NCBI GenBank assembly: GCA_000182565.2
Contig: KQ257467.1
Strand: one strand, 5' to 3'
Source: Spizellomyces punctatus DAOM BR117
Lineage: Eukaryota
DNA length: 64,000 nt
A model generated the notes under the pieces. The model had not been told where the DNA came from. It worked only from the letters and a program-made list of their open reading frames with translations, and searched no databases. A program made the position numbers and the translations under genes. Below are positions 11,504 through 24,430 of the stretch, in pieces. Numbering within the stretch: the first letter of the stretch is position 1; every line of letters starts with the position of its first letter.

Positions 11504-14151
11504 ATGGACGACGAGGCAACCCCTAAACGGGATAGTGCCGTTGACATATCATATCCAGTCTCCAGTAACTCTGACGGAGAGTCAAAACCATCAGAATCAA
11601 GCCAGGCTTCCACACAGTTTCTACAACCTTTGGTAACTGGGGAAACACCATGGAATAACGACAAGCAACGACTTCGACCTCGTACTTCCCCCATCCCGTT
11701 TCATCCACTCCCACCCGGTGGTCGCCCACTCACTACTCTTCATTTGACAGCCCAACTTTCGACCATCCTTCTTCCGCCAAAAGTTCCTCCATGTCAAACA
11801 ATTTTATCGCCACCACAGACTCCAGTTACACTATCAACCCGAAAGAAGGAAAATAGACCTAGCTGGGACGACAACTTTGTTTCCGTTGAAGGAATGAAAG
11901 TAGGATCCCGAGGAATACCGACAAAGGTCGTCGACCGGAGCTATGAAGAAATTCTACAACGTCGAACACCTCGAGAGGATGACACTCCAAAAGTATCCAA
12001 GAAGCAAGATAACAATGCACATGAACAGCATAGTTGTGGCCGCATACAGAGTGATCCGACTCCTTATGCTCGCTCCTGTACTTCCCGTGTTCTCTCTGGA
12101 ACGTTTTCGAGAGATGGGATTCGATTAGTAGAGATTCCAGCATCCACCACGAGGAAGTTGTCATTCAACACCGTGAATGAGGATGGATTTTCTGAGACAT
12201 CTGAGGAAGAGGACGGGGCAGTTGCAGAGTTTGGACTGTACGCGACGGCACATTCCGATAATTTCAAAGATAGTACTGAGAGTAAATCGGAGAAAATATC
12301 AACTGGAGGGCATCCTTTTACGAAATGCTCAAAGCCTAAAGATGACATGCAAAGGAGACGAGAACAGGCGTTTGGTTTGGTCATTAATGGGTGTAATGTT
12401 AAAGATGAAGATTCGCCGCTGTCCGCCCAAGAGGCGTTGCAGGAACCAATATCAGTCGCTAATACCCTCGAGCCGCACGTTACAGAGCAAACTCCTTCAA
12501 ACAACGATCAAGACCAGCAGCCACAAACAATAGATACTCCCGGGGAGCACCTTGTTGAGGACCTGCCGTCTGCCGAGGAAAGTACCACCTCGGACTCCCA
12601 GCAATTCCAGTCCACCATGCCAATTACACAGTCAGGCGTCCTCGACTCCATCATCGACAATGACTTGATACAAGGGGATTTAGTGGGATGGACAGAAGTA
12701 GGCCAGGACGTTTTTTCCGCCTTCCATCAAGCCCAGGCTCGTCGTTTAGGTCGCGCACGTCGTGATGATGCATATCGCCAGCAGCTGCACACTCCTGCCA
12801 AGGCCAATGTCGCATTCGACCAACCTGGCGAAGTACATTCAAAAGCTCTCCCAGTTGTTCAAAGCAATTCTATTTCACATTCAACGTCCGTAGTAACAGA
12901 GGAGCCACTCCACCCTCTCGCGCGACACGGGTATACTACCACATCCACTTGGAAAGTTAAGAAAGACAAACGAATGCATCTACGTCCTGAGGTTGACGAG
13001 CGAGGCAAGATTACACGGAAATCTCGAACTCGCCCGGCCGAACCTACCTATAAAGATGGCTACCTGTTTGACACAAACTTGCCTCTCCGTCTCAATTTTG
13101 TCCATCCAATCCTTCTCCCCGATGGGACGGAAAAAGAAGATGATGGCATACCATCCGACAGTGACGATAACGTATCATCCACGGGTGAACCTTGTCGACC
13201 AGTTCTACCTGATCCATATGCCGAACCACTCAACCAAACAATGCTCGATCTACCGGAAGAACGGGCAACGGAAAGTCCCTGCCCTGAGCCTCCACAGCAA
13301 ACGGAACCTGTCGAAGAGGTTCGTCCCCCAAGTGCAGAAGCAGGTGCACTTGCCCCCGCCGTCGAATCTCCCGAAATATTGACAGACCCCGCCACAGCCC
13401 AATGGCGACACCAAAGAAACGTGGCCGCCCTTACCATGAAGGAGTTGAAAAAGATTTTTCCCCCTTTGATGAAGCAATACCTGGGACGACGACGGTCGGA
13501 TACAAAAGGAAGGGCGCGACATGCTTCCAAAGAACTCTATGAACCTCAACCCCATAACAAGAGAATGATACCGCCAAAACCTCGCCATCGTCATTCCCTG
13601 CTGGCAGGGAATGGCAACATTGGCTTACAGGTAAGGAAGACTCAACTTGACAATCCACGCTTGACGATTTCTCCTAATCTCGTTATAACATAAAGCAAAC
13701 AATGTGGAAAACTATGGATGCGGAATTTCAGGCACAGGGAAAGCATGTGCATTGCGACTTTGGTTCAACGCGGTTGCCAGGCCTCGCCTTATCCAACCCT
13801 TCATTGTCCGACTACAGCTCAAGCCCGCTGATCGTACCCTTTGGTCAATCGCACAGCAAGCAACTGACAAAAGGAAGCAGCGAGCCTCATTTGTCATTGC
13901 CCTTTAGCATTTCCTTGCCAACGCTAGTGCACCCGTCGGAAAAGTATAGGTTCAGAGTAAAACAGGCCTTACCGCACCATCCTGCGAGGAAGAAATGTCT
14001 TGACCTTCAGACCCGTACCTTGTCAGATCCTAGTATTTCATTATCGCTCTCGTCATCATTAGCATTGATGCGGTCGAAGCAGGCTAGTAACATTGAAGGG
14101 GCCAATCGTCCACTCATGTTTCCAGCAATTGTGAGCGGTGAATTAGGCTAG
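11504..14151 (+). CDS. Large, probably disordered hypothetical protein
   Basis: ~730-codon open frame rich in P/S/E/T, a CAG|GTAAGG donor at ~13631 and a downstream 149-codon frame. Exact ends uncertain; no domain recognised. Confidence 0.65.
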
Positions 14152-14318
14152 AAACTGCGCTAAGTTGGAAAGGCATATGTAGTGTATTAGATAGGATTAC
14201 TCAAATAGCCATCATGCAGAGACCATCTACTATCTAACGAATACATACAGCTAACAGTATCAGAATAGCCCAGTTTATAGGAACAATTAATAGGTAGAAG
14301 ATTCACTAAATCCTGTCG

Positions 14319-15287
14319 TCAGCGAGCAAACGCCTTGTGTTTACCTTTCGGTCGCCGGACCTTCACAAATATGATAAGAATACATGTGGAATCGGATGGA
14401 TCATGGTACCTCACCTGCGCGTCTGATGTACGTTTCCTCTTCGATCTTGATACTGGTTGGGTGGGTTTGGTCACTTCCTCCACCTCACCATTTCCCTGAC
14501 CTGAGTCGGCTGCCTGTGCATCCACCAAAGCTAGAAGGGAACGTTTTGGTAAGGTTCGCTTTGGAGGTCCATGCAGGACTCACGTTTTGACATCCTGGAG
14601 ACATCATCGATCAGCTGCTGGTCAGCCTCGCGCTGGATTCGAGCAGCAGACAAGTACTCTTGCAAAAAGATCTCCCGCATTTGCTGCACAAAGTCTGTTT
14701 TGAGCATGTCCCAGTACTGAGGGCGAGCGGGTACGTTTACTACCTTGAACTTCTCGGTTTCATTCTTCAACTTTTGAATAATGTTTACTCTCTCTTCCAT
14801 TAAATCCTCCATGTGTTGTTCATGTTCCGTCATTAGAGCCTCGCTGCACATAGAACTGTTATAACTCTCATCAACACGATGAACATGATCGACTGCTTTA
14901 CATAGCCTGCTCCTGTTTGGATACATGCTCGTGAGTTGAATCCCGGATCTTTTGACAGAGTCGATCGCATTCGGAGTGCAGTTTCTTTTCGCGGTCCGCA
15001 GCCTTTTTTCTCATTCGATCTTCAAGCTTGAACATCAGTATTTTTGGCCTTTATCACGACATTCTTTCCTACCCACTCTTGATGGCCGCCAAAATATTCG
15101 CCATATCCTCACTTTTCAACCGATAAGTACGCTGGAATGGGCAGTCAAAAATAATCGCTTACTCTGGGCTATCTCGCGCCAGCTCTCCACTGTTTTCTTG
15201 TAAGGACCCAGAGCTGGACTGCTGGCTCGACGGTTGAGGGAAGAGAAGTCGAGGCTTTGGGCCAACTTTTGCTTTCTTTGGGGGCAT
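14319..15287 (-). CDS. Hypothetical multi-exon protein with basic N-terminus and coiled-coil-like middle
   Basis: Exon MPPKKAKVGPKPRLLF...ARDSP ends at a GTAAGC donor. Further open frames (EHEQHMEDLMEERVNIIQKLKNE; RSKRKR NLS-like) lie downstream. Confidence 0.55.
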
Positions 15288-16398
15288 GTCCTGCAATTCA
15301 GAATGCGTATAACATTGGCCAAACTTTATTCCCACGTCCGGATGGTGTCCGAGACTGCTTAGTCAGCAGCACTCCGCCGTTGCAATCTACAATGCAATCT
15401 ACTTGTCATCTACTGTCCTCCACCCATCGCCAAGAGAGTTTCGTTTGTTTGTCCATTATATGAAATTTATTGCCAGCGCTTCAACCAAAGTTTAAACTCG
15501 TATTCCAATAACCACTCTCACCGTAATTGCCGCCTCACAACTAGTTTGAAGTCAATTCACTGCGGGTACTTTTGACTTTCGGGCTACATGCCCGCAAACC
15601 TTCACCACAATGGAATCCCAATAATATTGAGCAGGACATTTTTCTGATCTTCGGAGGGAACATTCTCGTGCCTTATCGCTGAGGTGACGCACTATGAAAG
15701 TGAAATTCGCAAGACTTGGGAATATATCCCTTACCAATGGCCATTGACCACCAACAACATGTCTTGATGACAGAGCACACGCCCTTGTTCACAAATCAGA
15801 TATGTACTTGAGAGGGATGTCCCTCAAAAGTGTGTAGGCTAGGCTCCTGTCTGCCTTGACAGCAAAGACCTCGCTCTTGGTAACCACACGAATCCCATCC
15901 TGATATGATCATTCATTTTGATCGAAACAACGGAGGACTTCAGCCAATCATGCACTGAGATCAAGCAAATGAACTCGCGTTGCTTACCGTTCACATATAA
16001 GGCAAACAGACTTGGCTAGCAAACCTGGTGCAAGGCCTTGTCTAATGATTGAGATTTCTGATACTAGCAGGGTGTTCTGGTAGTATTTCTTTTTTCATGT
16101 ATATTGAACATGTAGCATACATGATAATAAAAAAGAAGTGAATGGATGGTTTTACCATATTTACAGGTGAAAAAAAGAGATTTGGTCAAGTTCCGCATTT
16201 ACAGGCTAAAATGCTAGACGAACTTTTGTCCCGACCTACTGGTGGTATTCCAGTTGCAATCCGAGGTTCTCTCTGCTCAGCTGGTAAAAGTGAGGCAAGA
16301 AAGCCTCCTTTTGAAGCATGGTTTTCTTCCAGCTATGTTCAATAGATTACAGCCATCGGACCGTCAAGGGACGGTCTTTATTCCCTGACTTTCTCCTC

Positions 16399-19300
16399 AT
16401 GTCCTCCAGAATCCTTCTTCTCGCCTTGGCAATTGCTACTCTAGTGGTTCCCCTGGAAGGTACAACGTAGTCTTGGAGGTTTCTTGGGCCCCATGTGAAG
16501 CTAATTTTATTTTCTTGCTCACAAAGCTCAAACGGATGTGCTTGTATATCCTAATGCGTCCTATGCAGGCAGTGCATTGACCCTCCCATCGTTCCAGTAC
16601 TACTCCCCGCCCAACACCCAGGACTACACTCTTGGATCTGTTCGTGTGCCAAACAGTATTGCAGCGCTTTTCTACCAAAACCAAGATTGGGGGGTAGCTG
16701 CTGCTTTTTACGAAGATGTTGCAAGTGTCAATATATCCACTGCGAATTTGACAAGTATCACCGATTGGAATGCTTTGGTAGTCAGCTGTAAGTTTGTTAT
16801 CATACACTTGTTCAAATTATCAATGTTATAATCAATGTTGGCATTTGTAGTGAATTGCAACCCGACCTGCTCTGCAAAAGGCATCTGTACTTCCAGTGGC
16901 ACCTGCTCGTGTCCATCCAATTTTCGAGGAAGTGCTTGTGAAGAATGTAGTCCAGGTTACTACGGTCCAACTTGCCAGCCATGTCCGTCTTGTGGAAACG
17001 GATTCTGCAATGACGGTATCCACGGGAATGGTACATGCACTTGTAATGAGGGCTGGCAAAATGGCGGTGGTACTTGCGATACGTGCGCTACCGGGTATTA
17101 TTCAAATTCGACCGCCTGTTTAGGTATGTTTTTAGGAAGCTGGCTATGATCTTCTTGTCATCTCACTCTTACCTGCGGCAATCATTACAGCGTGTATCGG
17201 TTGTGGTGGCAGAGGAGAATGCACAACGACCGGAAGCTCCGCTGGAACTTGTACTTGCCAATGGGGATACAAAACAGGCAGCGATGGGATTACCTGCGGA
17301 TCATGCGCCGATAGTTTTTACAAGGACAGCAATGGGCAATGCGTTGGTAAGGGTTACATCCCGCATTCTCCTTTAGTAGTTAGATCCACACGATCAAATA
17401 ATGTATTTAACGCTGGACTTTCTTCCTGTAAGCATGCTTTCAGGGTTGCAAGCAATGCCGAAATGGGGACGGTTATTGTGAGGTATGCTGGCCAGGTAAT
17501 ACTCGCAATGCTTCCTATCCGCAAGTGTGCGATCAAGATCAAAGCTGTCCAATGGCGGCTTCGAATATGGGCCAATATTGGGATGGAACTACCTGCAACC
17601 GTAAGTCCCTTCCTTTTAATCAATCCTTCCTTCCGCTAAAATTCCTGTGCATCCCGTTACAGAGTGTGTTTTGGGCTGTGTAAAATGTCGTCAACCAGAT
17701 AAATGCGAAGACTGTGAAGGTACCACCGTGTCAGCTGGCTTGTCTGGTGCATGCACTACTATTCAGAACACCAAAGGGTGCAGAAATGCACCTACTGCAC
17801 CAGTACCTGGGCCTACGAGAGGAGACGGCCAGGCTTTTTACTCTGTCTGGATTGCCGACAAAAAGTATTGTGACGGTTGGTATCCCTTCCTTGCCGTGTA
17901 GCTCCATGTGTTAAGCCTAAGTATGCCCCTTATTACAATACATAGCATGTCCTCTAGGATGTCTTGGGTGCGGAAATCCAGCGAGCATAGTTATAAACCC
18001 GTCAGCTACAACCCGGGATGCCAACTGGAATAATCAGACGCAGAGAAATAACTTGGTTTGCACCGCTTGCGTTCCTGGATATAGCCTTGTAAGCGGCCAC
18101 TGCGTAACGAGTTGTAGCGCCGGCCAATACAATGAAGGCACTTCTACATGTCGAGGTGGGTCGTAAAAAAGCATAAGAATGTTGCCAGTTTTTGTTGCTC
18201 ATTTCATTTTTCCAGCATGCCATTCATCATGCGCAACGTGTTCCGGCCCTGGTCCTGGACGATGCACAAGCTGTCCTAATGGTATTACACTGTCAAATGG
18301 TACCTGTACACCTACCCTGTCATGTCCGGCGAACCAATTTGTGGTGAATCAACAGTGCTTTGGTAAGTCGTCATGGCTTTAGCAAGAACCTCCATAAGAT
18401 GTCTAATGTTTTCGTCTCAAAGGATGTCATCCTGACTGCCTTGAATGCACTGGACCTGCTTATACACAGTGCACCAGGTGTGCAAGCCCTCTTGTACTCG
18501 TGGGGAATCAATGTGCATTGGCATGTCCAGCAGGACAGTATATGACTTCGTCAACGGACAGGACCTGTACAGGTAAGCTCCTGTCGACCGAAACAGCATG
18601 GTTTCAATGCTGTGGTAGACTAATGTCAGGTTTTCCCATGAAGCTTGTCAAAATGGGTGCTCCACCTGCAACGGTATTGACAAATGCTTTACCTGCAGCA
18701 ACGGATACCAACTTTACCGGGGACAGTGTATTTCGTGTTCATCTCCCCAAGTATTGGATGAATTAGGCAATTGTATTAACCCACCAACAAGTATGTCGTT
18801 TTGTCTTCTTTGCAACGGTTTTGAGCGGGGGCTGATTCTGTACATACTTAGCTTCGTCATCGACGGATGCATCGTCCAGTGAGAGTTTTTCATCGACAGC
18901 TTCCTCAACAGCTTCTGATGTATCATCCAGTGAGAGTCTATCAGCAACAGAATCGTCAAGTTATGACATATCAACTCCGGCGCCATCCACCACTGCCTTC
19001 TCATCAACAGAAGGAGAATCCTCCAGTTCAGAGGAACCAACTTCTTCTCCATCGGCTACTTCCTCGTCATCAACCCTGTTTTCCAGCTCAGTGGAGCCAA
19101 CCACTTCATCATCGGCAACGGAGACGGAATCATCGTCTAGTATGACTGAAACCACAACCTCGATGCCCACTTCGTCCAATGACAACCCGTCGTCAACGGA
19201 ATCTAGCTCAACACCGTCGTCTTCCATCACAGACTCCTCATCATCAGAAGCCTTGTCCAGCTCAACTTCCGATACGTTGTCAACCACTGGGTCGAGCTCG

Positions 19301-22300
19301 CAAGAACCGAGCCCCTCACCAAGTGAGACGGTATCATCTGAACCAAGCCCTTCACCAAGTGAAACCGAGTCCTCAGCTCTATTGCCGACTTCAAGTGAAT
19401 CAAGCACCTTTTCAAGCGCATACTGGACATCAACAGATTTATGGAGTTCATCACTGTCAAGCGAGGAGCCGACATTTACACATCCCCCGAGCTCAAGTTC
19501 GTTTTCGTCATCCACAGAGTCTTCTTTCTCAGAAGAGTCTTCCAGCTCGTGGACGTCTTCGTCTTCCTATGAAATCACAAGCTTCTCTTCAAGCTCTTCG
19601 GAACCAACCTTTTCACCTACAGTGACATTAACAAGTTCGGAGGACCAAAGTTCCTCGTCTTCTACGCTGAATACATCGTCATCGTACGCGTCCTCGACAT
19701 CGGAGGAACCAACGAGTTCAGCATCTTCTGAATCGCCTTCACCGAGTGAGACATTGTCATCTAGCGAGTCATCAAGTTCAGCAGAACAAACTTTATCTTC
19801 CTCCGAATCGCCTTCACCGAGTGAGCCCGTGTCATCTAGCGCGTCATCAAGTTCAGTAGAACCAACTTTATCTTCCTCCGAATCGCCTTCACCGAGTGAG
19901 ACCGTGTCATCTAGCGAGTCAAGCTCAGCAGCGTCAACTTCGTTCTCGTCTGCTACCACCACGTCGTCATATTATGCGTCCTCTACCTCGATGGTAGAAA
20001 CAAGTTCGTCGACCTCTGAATCTCCATCGCCAAATGTGACAATCTCATCGACATTGTTATCTAGCGAATCAAGCTCAGCAGAGTCAACTCCGTTCTCGTA
20101 TGCTACCACCACATCGTCATCTTATGCGTCCTCTACGTCGATGGTAGAAACAAGTTTGTCGACCTCTGAATCTCCATCGCCAAATGTGACAATCTCATCG
20201 ACACTGTCATCTAGCGAATCATCCACTTCACAAGAGACGTCGCTTTCGTCTAATAGTTCATCGTCGTCGTACGCGTCGAGTACACCCATGCCGGAAACGA
20301 CTCTGGCACCAAGTGGGNNNNNNNNNNNNNNNNNNNNNNNNNNNNNNNNNNNNNNNNNNNNNNNNNNNNNNNNNNNNNNNNNNNNNNNNNNNNNNNNNNN
20401 NNNNNNNNNNNNNNNNNNNNNNNNNNNNNNNNNNNNNNNNNNNNNNNNNNNNNNNNNNNNNNNNNNNNNNNNNNNNNNNNNNNNNNNNNNNNNNNNNNNN
20501 NNNNNNNNNNNNNNNNNNNNNNNNNNNNNNNNNNNNNNNNNNNNNNNNNNNNNNNNNNNNNNNNNNNNNNNNNNNNNNNNNNNNNNNNNNNNNNNNNNNN
20601 NNNNNNNNNNNNNNNNNNNNNNNNNNNNNNNNNNNNNNNNNNNNNNNNNNNNNNNNNNNNNNNNNNNNNNNNNNNNNNNNNNNNNNNNNNNNNNNNNNNN
20701 NNNNNNNNNNNNNNNNNNNNNNNNNNNNNNNNNNNNNNNNNNNNNNNNNNNNNNNNNNNNNNNNNNNNNNNNNNNNNNNNNNNNNNNNNNNNNNNNNNNN
20801 NNNNNNNNNNNNNNNNNNNNNNNNNNNNNNNNNNNNNNNNNNNNNNNNNNNNNNNNNNNNNNNNNNNNNNNNNNNNNNNNNNNNNNNNNNNNNNNNNNNN
20901 NNNNNNNNNNNNNNNNNNNNNNNNNNNNNNNNNNNNNNNNNNNNNNNNNNNNNNNNNNNNNNNNNNNNNNNNNNNNNNNNNNNNNNNNNNNNNNNNNNNN
21001 NNNNNNNNNNNNNNNNTAATCAAGTCACGTCGTCGAGTTTGGTGGCAAGTAGTTCCCTGTCGGCTACGAGTACATCTCTCATTTTTGGGAGCACTATTAC
21101 TAGTGTATCTGTGACATCTTCTTCCGCGGGTGTTTCGTCTCCTGCTGCCACCATCTCGTCTGCTACAGGCTCCTCATCTCTACGTCTTCCATCACATCGA
21201 CAACAGAGGTGATCGCAGGAGGTAACCAACTGTCAAGTACCCCAGCCATCGGTCCGTCCTCATCGACTCAACACGAGACGGGCACCCCATCTACTTCCGA
21301 ATCCGTGTCAGGAACCCCTAGCGAGTCGTTAGGTTCTCCAATCGAAATGCTTGCACCTCCGCCAACATGGATCAAACAGTATTGGTGGATACCTGGTATT
21401 GGTGCATCTTTTGGGCTCGTGGGAGCATTTGCATGTCTTGCATGCGTTCGGACACGAAATAAGAGGAGAAGAGCTCTAAATACTGATCAACGGCTTCAGG
21501 AATGGGAGGCGGCTATGGTGAGGCATCGTGTGGAACAACTTGATAAACGGGGGTCACTTCTGCCTCTTGGAGCCGACTTTATGGATGGTATAGGTGCAGG
21601 GCTTCGGAAGACGGCGAACCGATTGTCGGCGGCGCTTCGTCGGCCCCTATCACTCATTCTAGGTGCCCCAGTGAATTTGAATGTACCGCCCGCTGGTTAC
21701 GCTCCGGCTTCCACTGGTGAAATGGTTGAAAAGAAACAAGATACAGATGTCGTCATTGCAGATGAACCATTACAGGACAATACACGGCGTAGGACATATG
21801 AAAGAGCAATGCAAGGGTCGTCCGGCAATATGTTGGGTAACATTCCTGAAGATGAAGTCACAAATGAAACGGATCTTATCCGATTCTCGTCTCCGCCGGT
21901 CCCGAAAGATCCCAAGGAAGGAGATCTTATGAGATTTTCACTTCCACCGGTCGCGGGCGGTAGTAAAGATGGTGGGTCGGTGCGGACCTCCACGGGCAGG
22001 TTTTCTGCCTTGCGCCGCGCTGGAAAAGGTATGGGAAAACTCGTCATGAACAAAACGCATAATGAATGTAGAAGATATAAACATTTTGTCAAAACTCATC
22101 AGGGCCTGCTCAACCTGCATCCATACCTGAAGAATCCAGTCTCCCCCAACGCCTACAATTAAATTACAACACAGACCTACGCATCGGCGAGCCTCTTCCA
22201 AGCAACAGCAACGAAAAGCGAATCTACGCTGGAACGCTTGCAAAAGACCAGGGCTTCATTCCTCGTCGTGTAGCCATCAAACACGTTTGGCGCAATGCCG

Positions 22301-23131
22301 CAGAGAGTGATGAGCAGGCTTCCGCCGCTTTTGTAAGGGAGGTGACCATCATGGCTGCATTAGCAACCAACGAAAATGTTGCTAGAATTGTTGGATACTG
22401 TACCGTCCCAAGGATTATTGTCACGGATCTCTATGAAGGTGATTTGGACTTTATTTTGGGGAATCGACGGTTTGAGTTGCCGGATGCTCGAGCCGTGAGC
22501 ATTCTCAGTGATGTTGCAAAGGCCCTGTCCGGTAAATAACTGTTTTCCAATTCGACATTAATGTTTTGGTTTTGAGAAAAAGAACCTAACTGAAAATCCT
22601 TATTTCTACCAACCAGCAACCCATGAAATGGGTTTCGCCCACGGTCGTATCCGCCCAGGCGCCGTCCTCCTCGAACGAGTTAAAAATCCCGCCCGTGTGT
22701 CCGTCAGAAACTCAATTTTAAGCTTTAGTCAATCCCAACAGCCGCGCACTTTTTGGCGGGCCCGACTGAATGACTTTAGCGCCAGTCGTCCCGACGGTGA
22801 ATCTGAATCCAAGGCGCGGATTGCGCCGCGGTATGCTGCCCCTGAATGTATTTTGACGGACAAGCAGATTACTACTGCTGGAGATGTTTATTCATTTGGA
22901 GTGTTGATATGGCAGTGTTTGACGAGGAGGACACCTTGGGAAGGGCAGGAAGATGGATACATTGTCTGGAAGATCTGTGAAGGTGAAAGGTTTAATCTGG
23001 GGGAAGTCGTCACGGGCGCTTCCATTGTGAGGAAAGAGCTGCTGGAAATCGTCCATCGATGTCTTGCCCCAGAGCCTTTTGTAAGGCCGACGATAGGACA
23101 GATTTTGGCAACACTGGAAAAGTTGAAATAG
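16399..23131 (+). CDS. Single-pass receptor-like pseudokinase with crystallin-like, EGF/furin-like Cys-rich and Ser/Thr-rich ectodomain (spans assembly gap)
   Basis: Signal peptide MSSRILLLALAIATLVVPLEA; Cys-rich exons (CSPGYYGPTCQPCPSCGNGFCNDGIHGNGTCTC; CHSSCATCSGPGPGRCTSCP); Ser-rich stalk; TM WWIPGIGASFGLVGAFACLACV followed by RTRNKRRR. Kinase fold: VAIK, FVREV, HGRIRPGAVLL, LNDFS, RYAAPE, DVYSFGVLIWQ, RPT. Confidence 0.8.
19722..20225 (+). repeat. Nested coding tandem repeats in the Ser-rich stalk: 3 x 75 nt then 2 x 150 nt
   Basis: GAATCGCCTTCACCGAGTGAG recurs at 19730, 19805 and 19880; GAATCTCCATCGCCAAATGTGAC recurs at 20018 and 20168. Confidence 0.9.
20318..21015. other. Assembly gap (N run)
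   Basis: About 700 N characters inside the repetitive Ser/Thr exon. Confidence 1.
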
Positions 23132-24430
23132 TAGGAAAGAAATAATACATACGATGCGTTTAACCAAAATCATCTATAGGTACGAATCATGTACTGAAAA
23201 TACTGACGTCTTCTCTATCTTAACAAAACACATACACACACAAGGCCGACACCAACCTCCCAAAAGCCATTAGCAACGAACCCAACCATCCGTCCATAGA
23301 CAAATATCCGTGATAACTACACAAAAAGGGAAACTAAAAAATACTAGACAAGAGACTACAGAAAAAAAAAGGGGGACAAGACTGCGGAACTGAACAAAAA
23401 AACGAGATGTTTCTTTTTGTTTCATTTCCCATCATCATGCACATCCAGACCAAATCAAAAGTCCCCCCCAAAGCTACCTTATCCCACCCCACTCGAGTAT
23501 ATACAAACCATTTCACTCGATCCACGCCCTCTCTATATATGTAAGAAAAAAACGGTCCACAGCCTATATACAATGCATTCGCGTTCAAAAAAGAGGTTTC
23601 GATGAGTTCCGGCCCGTCTGCATATTTCCTTTAGCTTCTAATCGGGTAGAGGGGCTTTGATTGTCACTTCGCGTGAGAGGTTGGGGGAAAGGATGTCCTT
23701 TCTGTTCGCCCACCCCCGCCACAATCCAAATAGGCAATCTCCCCAAAAGCGGGGAAAAAATGCGATGGATAGGGGGGAGAGGAAAAACAAAAAGGATCCA
23801 TGCGCCTAAGATATTGACAAAAGTAATATACCGGAAATAATACTGACAGGCGGGCGTATCCGAAATATGAGGCATATACACAAATATAAACGCATATACA
23901 GAGGCGTGGTGAAAGGGCGCGAAACGAGTCGATAACAGGTATAATTCGTGTCGAGGGTATGGGATATAAACAGTATGCGCTTTGCGCTCCTCCACCAATC
24001 AGTCGATTTCGGTAGAGGAACAAAAGCCCATCGAGACGCTAAACAGCGCCGGGTCGCAACGGGGAAACAAATTAGGTACGGATAAGAGTACGGAAAAGGG
24101 AAAGTACGTGCAGGAGGGAATGAAAAAGAAAGACAAGAAAATTGGGAAGGGGTTGACACAACAAACATGATGGTTCGTTCGAATAGGTGTGAGGCGGAGA
24201 GGCAGCGAAGGGAAAAAATGATGGGTCGTCATCGACAAAGCCGCACAACCGTAGGTGAAAAAAATTCGATGAATTCGATAGGATAAAAGAATGCGTAGAA
24301 GTTCTAACGTGCCTGCTGGCAGCTGGTGATTTTTTTTTGTTTTTTTGCTTTTGGATGTTCAGGTTATTCGATCAAATGGCTTATGGGTTTCGGTGAGAGC
24401 TATCCTCGGTGTGATGGAGAATCCAAGAAT

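Noticed and set aside
20250-21212. ORFs consisting largely of X residues
   Set aside because: Artefacts of the N gap.
23150-24400. Phe/Ser-rich ORFs of 60-137 aa downstream of the zinc-finger gene
   Set aside because: Low-complexity T-rich UTR-like sequence with no splice or domain support.
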